Below the pieces are notes generated by a model. That model ran no database searches. It was not told the origin of the DNA and worked only from the letters and a program-made list of their open reading frames with translations. Shown one piece after another: positions 29,721 to 41,504 of a DNA stretch of 64,000 nt. Source of the DNA: Eledone cirrhosa (Eukaryota); contig OZ024742.1 of assembly GCA_964016885.1 (NCBI GenBank), positions 223,200,001 through 223,264,000 on the forward strand. The letters are read 5' to 3'. The translations under genes and the position numbers were made by a program. Positions within the stretch are counted from its first letter, which is position 1. Each line of letters opens with the position of its first letter.

Positions 29721-29885
29721 TTAAATTTTTGATTATTTTCAAACTGTAGACATTTTATGAGGAAATTAACCTGCTTAGATACAACTTTATTTCAGTATTT
29801 CAATATATTTATTGTTATTGATAGTCACTGTTCAATATTTGTATATAGATATTTATATATTTGTTTTCTTCTTCTTTGTTTCCAG

Positions 29886-30020
29886 GCTGAAATATGGATG
29901 AAATAACACCAGTAATTACCTGAAGGAGAAGAGTGTGTGTGTGTGTGTGTGTATGTGTGTGTGTATGTGTATATATATATATACATAACTATATATATAC
30001 ATATATACACACATATATCT

Positions 30021-30056
<36 letters not shown>

Positions 30057-30303
30057 GCATATGCACACTATGCATTTATATATATTTACATATATATATA
30101 ACTGAATATATATATTACTTACTGGTTATTGAAGATACACCAAGAATCCATTTTGCATCTGTGATTTCTTTAATTTTCGTATAAAACAATAAAAAAACAA
30201 CACCAGTTTAAGAAGAAATAAAATACAAAATAAAAAAAAGGTAAAAAAAAACCCCACAACAATCAAACAACAACCACCCCACCAAAAAATAATAAATAGC
30301 AAG
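29886..30303 (+). other. Probable 5' UTR part of the CUEDC1 exon, with (GT)n/(CA)n/(TA)n tracts and a short uORF
   Basis: Strong acceptor TTGTTTTCTTCTTCTTTGTTTCCAG ending at 29885. uORF ATG 29894 to TGA 29923. Confidence 0.6.
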
Positions 30304-30591
30304 ATGGCTTCGGCTGACACCCAGAAATTGAATAACAGGCGTCGACGTGATCATCCCCGTCGAGAGACATTACCAGGCGGAAGTGTGTCTCGTACACACA
30401 CACGGCAATTGGATTTTTACCAAGCCATGTCAGACTTCAAACATATGTTTCCAAGTATGGAAGAAGATGTGATAGAAGCCATTCTGAGAGCTAATGATGG
30501 TGCCGTAGATGCAACTATTGACCAGTTGCTCACAATGAGTGTGGACACCGATGAAATATCATGTGCCAGGAAGCACACTCCATTGTCTAAG
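30304..30591 (+). CDS. CUEDC1: CUE domain-containing protein 1, first coding exon (96 codons, phase-0 donor)
   Basis: LDFYQAMSDFKHMFPSMEEDVIEAILRANDGAVDATIDQLLTM is the CUEDC1-type CUE domain (MFP and LL motifs; RAN.GAVDATIDQLL). Start context AAGATGG. Canonical donor AAG|GTAAGT at 30591/30592. Confidence 0.93.
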
Positions 30592-32952
30592 GTAAGTGAA
30601 ATACTAAGAACAAATTAACTGCTGGAGGTTTTTTAAAGTAAGGGCTCTCAGAGAATCTACCCCCACTCAATCTGAGCCTCCATCACTGGGGCAGCGATGC
30701 TAAGTCAGTCAATTATATGTATATATGAATTTATCTCAAATGTATAAGTGGACCGGATAATTGCTCCAAGGAAAATTTATAACATGATCTATAACACTCA
30801 GTGGTTCAAAACCTTTTCTCTAAGAAGAGCCCCTTTTATTTGGATGAATTTCCCCCACATAGGTCCTTTCCACTACCATCACTTGCCTCCCAGATTGTTA
30901 TATAGTAAGAATAACAATCAAAAGAGAAATGTTTATCTTAGAGAAGAATTTATTCCTTTTTATATATTTTTCTCCTTTACCTAAGAGGGACCCTTTTCAG
31001 TGCTTCCAAAACTGGTGAGTGGCAAAGAGAAAGATATCCTCAAACTGAAAACTCGGCTCAAATGCTTGCAACAGAGCAGACTCCACTAAAAGCACCCAAG
31101 GACCAGGTGGTGTTAAACCAGCAACTGATTATATCTACCATCCAAGTAGGTCATAGTAAGACTTGAAATCAGAATGTAGAGAGCAGGAAACAGTTGAAAT
31201 CCTCCCGAGGTCAACTTTAACCTTCATTTTTACTGGTTTAATAAAGCAGCAGTTCAAGGCTGTATTTTAGTGTAATTGTAGAAGCATCAGACAAGATGAC
31301 TTATTCTGTTTTTTTTACATTCTGTGTTCAAATCTTGCTCTGGCCTACTTGGATGGTTGACTTAATCCACCGCCTGTTTATTGAGTGTGTTTAGCTGAGT
31401 CTACTCTGTTGTATACACACAGACCAGGTCTTTGGTTTAAGGATCACTTCCTTTCTCCAGTCTGAAAACCATGGAAAGAGTAGATACAGGGTTTGAGTCC
31501 TGTCAGTGATTTTATTTCTCTTTCTGGCTTTGATTGCTGTCTATAGTATATAATGATGCCTGTATGGAGACACAGGCATGGCTGTGTCGTTAAGAAGTTT
31601 GCTTAGTAATCATATGGTTTCTTGTTCAGTCTCATTGCATGGCAACTTAGGCAAGTATCATGAGTGAAATTTAGTAGATGTGTGGCGAGTTTCTTTTTTT
31701 GAAGTGTTGACATGGAAACAAACACATATACAAATCAAAATTATCATTTAAAATGGATGTTAAATGATGATGAGGATAGATATATATATAAATATATAAA
31801 ATGTATATATGTGTGTACGTGTCTATGTCAATATCTAATAAAAAGAAACCAGTGGTGTTTGTTCAGTGTTTTACATTCTGTTTCTCTTTTTGACCCAAAT
31901 TGGTGCATATGATGTTTAACCCTTTTGAAACGAAGCTACCCACGATTGCCCTTAGTTCTAGTATAAATATTTGGTAAGATGGTGAATTAGCAGTTGTTAG
32001 AGTATTAGATTAAATACTTCAATATTTATTCTAATGTACTGCACTCTGAATTGAAATCTGACCAAGGTCAACTTTACTTTTCATCCATTTTGTACCAGTC
32101 TAGTGCTGGGGTTGGTTCTTCAACATGTCCCTCTCTCTTTGACTGGGAGAAATCAGCTGATCCAATCTGGAGGGATGGGCTGTTCAACCATGTTTAAAAT
32201 GCCTAAGTCATGCTATGTGTTAGGACAACACCTCTACGACTCCATCCAAAGTTAAAGGCATTTTACCTAGCATAAATATGATTTTAACTAACCATATCAT
32301 ATATTTTCTACATTTTGTATAGCAAGTATAGTGTTGCTTTAGCAATATTCCTTCATACACAGAATCATAGCAATAGTTATTCTTTGAGGAGACAGTAATG
32401 ACTGAAATTCATAAGAATGATCTCTTATGTTTTTCTGAGTATAGAGGAATAGTTAAGTGTTTACACTGCATACATCTTAGCACAGTGAGGGCTTCTAATT
32501 AAAACATAATAATTATATCCACCTTAAGTTTACTCTAAACCTTCACATATATGTATGTGTTATTATTTTAACTTTGCCTTTCATCCTTAAGCGGTCGATA
32601 AAATAAAGTACCAGGCAGGCGCTGGGGTCGATTTAATCGACTTTCCCTTCTCCCCAAATTGCTGGCCTTGTGCCTATTTAAGAAACCATTATTTTATTTG
32701 AAAAACTAAAAGATTTTTAATTCAAGTAAAATTTATAACGTCTTTGATAAGAGAGTGTATGTATGTGTAATTATAGCTGTATATATGTGTGTGTGTTTGC
32801 ATGCATCTTCATGTGTAAATGTGTGCATGCAGGATTGGTAACTCATGTATAATGAATAGAGAGAGCAAGGGAATAGTAATTATTTAAAAAGGTCTGTTAG
32901 AAGATATATATCAAGAAAATAAAGCACAGTAAAGTGTGTTATTATTAAAGGC

Positions 32953-33168
32953 ACTGAATTGGAAGAATCAGATAGACATTGGACAAAATGCTTTGTGCTA
33001 TTTAGTTATGACTTTCTACGTTCTGAATTCAAATCCCTCTGAGTTTAGCTTTGCCTTTCATCCTTACAAGATAGCTAAAATAAAGTACCAATGATGCGCT
33101 TGGGTCGATTTAATTGACTTTCCCCTCCCCCAAATTGTTGGTCTTGTGCCTAAATCAGAAACCATTAT
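32953..33168 (+). mobile_element. SINE family A, plus orientation, longer variant (partial copies at about 31978-32110 and 32568-32690)
   Basis: TTCTGAATTCAAATCCC B box, then GCTTTGCCTTTCATCCTT and GGTCTTGTGCCTAAATCAGAAACCATTATT. Confidence 0.8.
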
Positions 33169-33289
33169 TATTGGTGTTTTGGTCAGTGTAAATACACTTC
33201 CTATCAGACCACAACCCATGGTCTATCATAAGAAATATTCTTTTTCCTATTACAATTCCTTCCACACTGTTTCATAACTGTCCTCATTT

Positions 33290-34365
33290 TGTGTCAAGGA
33301 TGCTGGAAGATTCTTGCTGATCCAATAAAACAACTTTTTACACCATATCTGCTCATAGATTAATGCTTAACTTTCTAAGGTTTACTTCCAAATTCTTCGT
33401 CACAGCTTCTAAGGCTAAATCCCTTGTCATGCTTTCCCAAGATTTTTTATAATTGACTCAAATTCCTTGTCATGGATTCCGAAGGCTGTGATGACAATTG
33501 ACACAAATTCCTTGTCATGGATTCCGAAGGCTGTGATGACAATTGACACAAATTCCTTGTTAGGATTCCGAAGGCTGTGATGACAATTGACACAAATTCC
33601 TTGTTAGGATTCCGAAGGCTGTGATGACAATTGACACAAATTCCTTGTTATTGATCCCAAGACTTCGATGACAATTGACACAAATTCCTTGTCATGGATT
33701 CCGAAGGCTGTGATGACAATTGACACAAATTCCTTGTTATTGATCCCAAGACTTCGATGACAATTGACACAAATTCCTTGTTAGGATTCCGAAGGCTGTG
33801 ATGACAATTGACACAAATTCCTTGTTAGGATTCCGAAGGCTGTGATGACAATTGACACAAATTCCTTGTCATGGATTCCGAAGGCTGTGATGACAATTGA
33901 CACAAATTCCTTGTTATTGATCCCAAGACTTCGATGACAATTGACACAAATTCCTTGTTATTGATCCCAAGACTTCGATGACAATTGACACAAATTCCTT
34001 GTTATTGATCCCAAGACTTCGATGACAATTGACACAAATTCCTTGTTAGGATTCCGAAGGCTGTGATGACAATTGACACAAATTCCTTGTTAGGATTCCG
34101 AAGGCTGTGATGACAATTGACACAAATTCCTTGTCATGGATTCCGAAGGCTGTGATGACAATTGACACAAATTCCTTGTTATTGATCCCAAGACTTCGAT
34201 GACAATTGACACAAATTCTTTGTTATTGATCCCAAGACTTCGATGACAATTGACACAAATTCCTTGCTATTGATCCCAAGACTTCGATGACAATTGACAA
34301 GACCATGAGCTTGTCAACTCTTTTTTTCCAGCTCTTGAAGATTTCATATTTGAAGTCAGTATATT
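33290..34365 (-). mobile_element. Decayed C-terminus of a REL-endonuclease (R4/Dong-like) non-LTR retrotransposon, split by a minisatellite
   Basis: Minus translation YTDFKYEIFKSWKKRVDKLMVLSIVIEVLGSIARNL ... ALEAVTKNLEVNLRKLSINL*ADMV*KVVL(L/G)SARIF resembles the KY.DL..EI...W....VVPIVIGALG.VTKNL ... QKAVLLGTARILR end of R4-clade ORFs. Confidence 0.7.
33455..34298. repeat. 44/45-bp minisatellite, about 19 units of three interspersed variants
   Basis: Constant GATGACAATTGACACAAATTCCTTGT alternates with CATGGATTCCGAAGGCTGT, TAGGATTCCGAAGGCTGT or TATTGATCCCAAGACTTC. Confidence 0.95.
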
Positions 34366-34689
34366 ATTGGTATTAATATATTTATTGTTGCTATGATAAA
34401 ACATTGATGTTTTGGATGGTATACATGGTGGACACATTCCATTAGACCACTACCTGTACTCTATGATTAGAGGCATTCTTGTCCTTTTTCCTATTTAGGT
34501 GGTCTTTCCATCCTGTTCATATTATTTTCATCATCATCATCATCGTCATCAGTATTATTATCAGTAGTATTATAATAAAGTGATGTTGTGTGTTGGCAAG
34601 AAGATGCTGAGTGTTTGGAGAAGACAAAATCTGCCAAGTTCTGCCAGAAAACATTGGCACAACATTGCATACACTAATAATTAGCTCAT

Positions 34690-35001
34690 TGGTGGTAGTG
34701 CTAGGGGTAATACTAGTAGTAATAGTGGTGGTGGTAGTCTTAGTAGTAGTAGTTGTAGTGATTGAAGTGGTGATGGTATTGGTAGTAGTGATGATGGCTG
34801 TTGTGGTGGCAGTCTAGGTAGTTGTAGTAGTGATTGTGGTGGATGTTGTGATAATGGCAGTAGTGGTAGTTGTTGAAGTTGCGAGGGTCCTGGAAGTTGC
34901 AGTTGTGATGGTGGTGATAATAGTGGTATTAGTTGTAGTGGTCTAGCTGGTAGTGGTAGTAGTAGATGTGGTGGTGAGAGTGGTGGTAGTTGTGGTGGGG
35001 A

Positions 35002-35040
<39 letters not shown>

Positions 35041-35045
35041 CAGCA
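34690..35045. repeat. Degenerate (GGT/AGT)n triplet microsatellite
   Basis: Low-complexity triplets ending in a pure (AGT)n run. Confidence 0.85.
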
Positions 35046-35962
35046 GTTCTGCCTAGGATGCTAAAGTTAGCCAGTTTTTCCTCACTATTCCTCTAACCAT
35101 CATTCTCTCCTCCTCCTCCTCATGAGACCCTTATCTATCATGTACTACTGTCACCTGCTACCACACTTGGCTGTTGCTAGCCATCAACTTCTCTCTCACC
35201 TTCCATAACATATCCCTTTTTTCTTCTTAAACTGTTGGTTTTCATTCTCCATCTGATATTTCTTGATTAAGTTTTCTATAAATAAATGAAGACTATGTAT
35301 GTAGAATGAAGAAAACTCTTTACCATTGCAGTAGAAGTGACAATCTCTCTAGTGGTAGTGTCATGATAAAATGCACCCAGTACATTCTGTAAATTGGTTG
35401 GCAAATGAACAGACACAACATAGGGTAGACAGAGTACTTTTTAGTTATTTCGAGAACTTGACAACCTCTAGTGGTGGTACCATGATAAACTGCACTCAGT
35501 GCATTCTATAAAGTGGAAGGGTACCCAACTGTTGAAACCATGCTAAAAATGGAATGTACGAACAAGATGTCATGATTTGAACTGTCTAGGGGAACAGTAA
35601 CTCTAAAGAACTGACTCAGAGCATACCAACCTATCCAACCCATGCCAGCATGGAAAGCAGACATAAAAATGATGATGATAAAGTAGCGTTCTCACATTGT
35701 GGAAAAGTAATTGTTTGTCTTTTTTCTTTTCTTGGAGCTGAAGTAGATATATTTGTTCTAAAAATACACTGAAGCTACTTTGGTAAATATTAAGATTTTC
35801 AACATCCCAAGAGAGGCCGTCTGAAATGGTGAATCTCAGGGTGTGTAGTCTGGTTCTATTGTGTGGCTAAATAATCATCATCATCATCGTTTAACGTCCA
35901 TCTTCCACGTTTGCATGGGTTTGGACAGGTTTTGATGGGTTTGGCTAAAATATATATATATA

Positions 35963-36297
35963 TGGCTTAGTGGTTAGGGCATTGGCCTTGCAATCAAAAG
36001 GTTGTGAGTTCAATTCTCAGACCGGGTGATGTGTTGTTTCCTTGAGCAAGACACTTTATTTCACATTGCTCCAGTTTACTCAGCTGTAGAAATGAGATGA
36101 TAGGCACTGGGTTCCCTATCATTCCACTGCAAAGTGGTTGTGGAGGTGCCATGGCAAAAAAAAAAAAAAAAAGGACCCAGCACTCACTGTAAATGAGGTT
36201 GGTGTTAGGAAGGGCATCCAGCTGTAGAAATCAAGCCAGAGTCAGTTCCCGTCCCACCCTTGCAAACAGGGAAAAAGCGGACGTAAAATGAATGAAA

Positions 36298-36300
<3 letters not shown>
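35963..36300 (+). mobile_element. tRNA-derived SINE, family C, with RTE-type tail
   Basis: A box TGGCTTAGTGGT, B box GAGTTCAATTCT, and 3' end GGAAAAAGCGGACGTAAAATGA. Close copies at 58066-58399 (-) and 62140-62445 (+). Confidence 0.88.
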
Positions 36301-36334
<34 letters not shown>

Positions 36335-36468
36335 CCCTCTGTAATGTACATAAATATATATATAATGTGTGTGTGTGTATGAGTGAACTCTGCTTGAGTA
36401 TTGACTTGGTCTGTGACGACCCATCAATCTCTAGCTAGCAGGTAAAATGAATGTTAAAGGATGATGAT

Positions 36469-36499
<31 letters not shown>

Positions 36500-36665
36500 A
36501 AATTGAGGTTTGTTTGCAAAATTGCAAACAAATCGAATGTTATTATGAATATTCAAAAAACTCAGAGCAACATTTTCTTTTTTATATACATACATATATA
36601 TACAATCATCATACATATATATACAATATATTAACAAATGGAAACTATATTTATAAAACCATATT

Positions 36666-36732
36666 TATTTCATTATACATATTTCAAGAGGCCACCAAGG
36701 CAAATTATGGTGTTCTTTCATCAGATAAAATA
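36666..36732 (-). ncRNA. Type I hammerhead ribozyme
   Basis: UAUUUUAU-CUGAUGA-AAGAACACCA(loop)UGGUGGCCUCUU-GAAA-UAUGUA-UA^AUGAAAUA, with intact core and stems I, II and III. Confidence 0.78.
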
Positions 36733-36736
36733 TAAT

Positions 36737-36919
36737 TGTTTCTACTTTTGGCACAAGGCCAGCAATTATCCCAGTGAATTACTGGTACTTTATTTTATCG
36801 ACCCCGTAAGGATGAAAGGCAAAGTTAACCTCGGCGGGATTTGAACTCAGAATGGAAAGGGCCGTAACTCTATGCGTCAAAGCATGGTGTCCGACCCTCT
36901 ACCGATACTGCCAATCCAC
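36737..36919 (-). mobile_element. SINE family A with 10-bp TSD
   Basis: AAAATATAAT at 36727-36736 and 36920-36929. Confidence 0.88.
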
Positions 36920-37559
36920 AAAATATAATATAGGTTAGTTTTATAAATAAATATTGACATACCCTGAAAAAATACAACAATTCTGGTTGGAATCTCTTGG
37001 ATATATATCATCATCATCGTTTAACGTCCATATTCCACGCTCGCATGGGTTATATATATGTGTGTATGCTACCTACCACTAACTTCACTAACCTACCTAC
37101 CCCACATCCTCTTGCCTCCGACCCCCACCACCCCCACACTACTCTGTCCACCCACACTCAACAATGTGCATACACACGCACACCCTTTGCCCCCTCCCCA
37201 CCCCCTAACATACTAACCCCATCCCCCTGCATTACCAATCACCCACTCGCACCTTCCCCTCTCCCTTCACCTCCCCCTACTATCACCACTAACCTCTACC
37301 CACCCCCACACCGCACCGCCCCACTAACACAACTAAGCCCCTACTCCACCACCTCTCACCACCACCCCTCCATCACCCTCTAACCTACTACCCCCCCCTT
37401 ACCCATACTGACTAACCTCCCCTCCAATGCTTCCCCCACATCCACACCTGTCCCTTCCGCCACCCCGTTACCCTCTAATCCACTAACTCCCCACCACACA
37501 CCTCACCCACGTCCCCGTCCCAACCCTTAGTCTACTTCTTTCTCTCCATACACCACAAA

Positions 37560-40246
37560 AACACACACACTTACACCAGTGTATGCACTCATACGTGTAT
37601 GTACACACACACTTACACCAGTGTATGCACTCATACGTGTATGTACACACACACTTACACCAGTGTATGCACTCATACGTGTATGTACACACACACTTAC
37701 ACCAGTGTATGCACTCATACGTGTATGTACACACACACACACTTACACCAGCGTATGCACTCATACGTGTATGTACACACACACTTACACCAGTGTATGC
37801 ACTCATACGTGTATGTACACACACACTTACACCAGTGTATGCACTCATACGTGTATGTACACACACTTACACCAGTGTATGCACTCATACGTGTATGTAC
37901 ACACACACTTACACCAGTGTATGCACTCATACGTGTATGTACACACACACACACTTACACCAGTGTATGCACTCATACGTGTATGTACACACACACTTAC
38001 ACCAGTGTATGCACTCATACGTGTATGTACACACACACTTACACCAGTGTATGCACTCATACGTGTATGTACACACACACACACTTACACCAGCGTATGC
38101 ACTCATACGTGTATGTACACACACACTTACACCAGTGTATGCACTCATACGTGTATGTACACACACACTTACACCAGTGTATGCACTCATACGTGTATGT
38201 ACACACACACTTACACCAGTGTATGCACTCATACGTGTATGTACACACACACTTACACCAGTGTATGCACTCATACGTGTATGTACACACACACTTACAC
38301 CAGTGTATGCACTCATACGTGTATGTACACACACACTTACACCAGTGTATGCACTCATACGTGTATGTACACACACACTTACACCAGTGTATGCACTCAT
38401 ACGTGTATGTACACACACACTTACACCAGTGTATGCACTCATACGTGTATGTACACACACACTTACACCAGCGTATGCACTCATACGTGTATGTACACAC
38501 ACACTTACACCAGTGTATGCACTCATACGTGTATGTACACACACACACACTTACACCAGTGTATGCACTCATACGTGTATGTACACACACACACACTTAC
38601 ACCAGTGTATGCACTCATACGTGTATGTACACACACACTTACACCAGTGTATGCACTCATACGTGTATGTACACACACACTTACACCAGTGTATGCACTC
38701 ATACGTGTATGTACACACACACACACTTACACCAGTGTATGCACTCATACGTGTATGTACACACACACTTACACCAGTGTATGCACTCATACGTGTATGT
38801 ACACACACACTTACACCAGTGTATGCACTCATACGTGTATGTACACACACACTTACACTAGCGTATGCACTCATACGTGTATGTACACACACACTTACAC
38901 CAGTGTATGCACTCATACGTGTATGTACACACACACTTACACTAGCGTATGCACTCATACGTGTATGTACACACACACTTACACCAGCGTATGCACTCAT
39001 ACGTGTATGTACACACACACTTACACCAGTGTATGCACTCATACGTGTATGTACACACACACTTACACCAGTGTATGCACTCATACGTGTATGTACACAC
39101 ACACTTACACTAGCGTATGCACTCATACGTGTATGTACACACACACTTACACCAGTGTATGCACTCATACGTGTATGTACACACACACTTACACTAGCGT
39201 ATGCACTCATACGTGTATGTACACACACACTTACACCAGTGTATGCACTCATACGTGTATGTACACACACACTTACACCAGTGTATGCACTCATACGTGT
39301 ATGTACACACACACTTACACCAGCGTATGCACTCATACGTGTATGTACACACACACTTACACCAGTGTATGCACTCATACGTGTATGTACACACACACTT
39401 ACACCAGTGTATGCACTCATACGTGTATGTACACACACACTTACACCAGTGTATGCACTCATACGTGTATGTACACACACACTTACACCAGTGTATGCAC
39501 TCATACGTGTATGTACACACACACTTACACCAGTGTATGCACTCATACGTGTATGTACACACACACTTACACCAGCGTATGCACTCATACGTGTATGTAC
39601 ACACACACTTACACCAGTGTATGCACTCATACGTGTATGTACACACACACACACTTACACCAGTGTATGCACTCATACGTGTATGTACACACACACACAC
39701 TTACACCAGTGTATGCACTCATACGTGTATGTACACACACACTTACACCAGTGTATGCACTCATACGTGTATGTACACACACACTTACACCAGTGTATGC
39801 ACTCATACGTGTATGTACACACACACACACTTACACCAGTGTATGCACTCATACGTGTATGTACACACACACTTACACCAGTGTATGCACTCATACGTGT
39901 ATGTACACACACACTTACACCAGTGTATGCACTCATACGTGTATGTACACACACACTTACACCAGTGTATGCACTCATACGTGTATGTACACACACACTT
40001 ACACTAGCGTATGCACTCATACGTGTATGTACACACACACTTACACCAGTGTATGCACTCATACGTGTATGTACACACACACTTACACTAGCGTATGCAC
40101 TCATACGTGTATGTACACACACACTTACACCAGCGTATGCACTCATACGTGTATGTACACACACACTTACACCAGTGTATGCACTCATACGTGTATGTAC
40201 ACACACACTTACACCAGTGTATGCACTCATACGTGTATGTACACAC
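37560..40246. repeat. 42-bp minisatellite (ACACACACACTTACACCAGTGTATGCACTCATACGTGTATGT)n, about 63 copies
   Basis: Direct periodicity with a variable (CA)n sub-tract (40/42/46-bp units). Confidence 0.97.
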
Positions 40247-40303
40247 CAAAACTGATTGACAGAACCTTCCCACACACACCGACAATATCTCCTTGCATGT
40301 CCA

Positions 40304-40346
<43 letters not shown>

Positions 40347-40420
40347 ACTCCATACACACATACATATACACATGCTACTCTCAGCCACCTCCGCCCACAC
40401 GCACCTGCCACAGCTAACTA

Positions 40421-41333
40421 TCTATATATATAAAACTGAGGATGTCTGTCTGTGTGTGAGTTTGAATCCCTAAAACTCGAGAACCACCCAACCAACTCTT
40501 TTCAAACTTTACACATGTAATACTTATGTTTCAGGGAGTGTTCTGAGCAAAAAATTTCAAATTTTCAATGCCCTAGGCGCATTAGGGGATTTAGCGATCT
40601 CTCTCTATAATTGTTAGTCTTTCTCTTTTTAGATAGATACATAAATATAATGTCGCGCCCTTACAATATCTGTCTGTATGTTTGACTGTCTGCATTATGT
40701 CACTTCCCTGAGGATGTCTGTGTGTGTGTGTGTGTGTGTCTGTGTCTTTGAATCCCTAAAACTTGAGAAGTACCCAACCGACTTTTTAAGTACCCAACCG
40801 ACTTTTTTCAAATTTTACATATATATTACTTATGTTTCAGGGAGTGTTATGCACATAAAAAATTCAACTTTTTGATCCCCTAGGGGCCGCATTAGTTGAA
40901 AAACTTCGTTTTTTCAGGTTTTTAGGGGATTTTTGAGTCGTTACGTCAGACTGATTTCCTAGAAATTGTAACTATGTATTAGTCTCTTCTTCATACCGTG
41001 AGCAAAGAAAATCAAACTTTTTTATGGTCTAGGGTCTGCATGAGGTGAAAAACTTCATTTTTTCAGCTTTTTAGGGCTTTCTTGAGGCATTACGTCTAGC
41101 CGATTTTCCTGAAATTTCAAGGCATATTATGCACATAAAAAAAATTAATTTTCTTGATCCCCTACATTTTTCCTGTTTCATCGAGGAAAATCTTAAAGAT
41201 TATCCAGCCATCAGAGTATTCGGTTTATTTTCTTTACATATTGTCCACGCATGCAGTTTTTCCACGATTAGGTCTGTTGGCAGCCTGCGTTCCAAAATAC
41301 CTTATCCCGTGCAACGCCGGGTACCACTGCTAG
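40421..41333 (+). mobile_element. Non-autonomous Helitron
   Basis: 5' A|TCTATATATATAAAA. 3' hairpin CCCGTGCAACGCCGGG followed by CTAG|T. Inserted at an AT site with no TSD. Internal duplication about 40437-40570 / 40708-40875. Confidence 0.88.
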
Positions 41334-41504
41334 TATATATATATATATATAGACTAAGTGATCACAGGATCATCAGACAAGTCTTGCTGATGATCCTGTG
41401 AGTTATACTTACTTACCTCAGGTGCTGCCAGAGTGTGACTGAACCCTGAACTACATGGTTGGAAATAGAGAAATTTTTTACCAGTTAGTTCATGAAGTGG
41501 TGTC

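Larger units (their letters stand above)
36622..36999 (-). mobile_element. Hammerhead-bearing small retroelement (same family as 54439-54710) in (TA)-rich DNA, interrupted by a SINE
   Basis: Near-identical to the arms of the 54.4-kb palindrome once the SINE is removed. Confidence 0.8.

Noticed and set aside
30592-30618. ORF extension VSEILRTN to the stop at 30618
   Set aside because: Read-through past a consensus GTAAGT donor, so it is intronic.
33455-34298. CRISPR-like repeat-spacer appearance
   Set aside because: The 'spacers' are only three reused, related variants. There are no cas genes, the context is eukaryotic, and the unit derives from retrotransposon coding sequence.
35963-36030. 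Possible tRNA gene
   Set aside because: tRNA-like head of a multi-copy SINE, with no proper acceptor stem, continuing into the SINE body.
37483-40371. Cys/His-rich ORFs resembling zinc fingers
   Set aside because: A 42-bp (CA)-rich minisatellite open in most frames on both strands, without proper C2H2 spacing or linkers.
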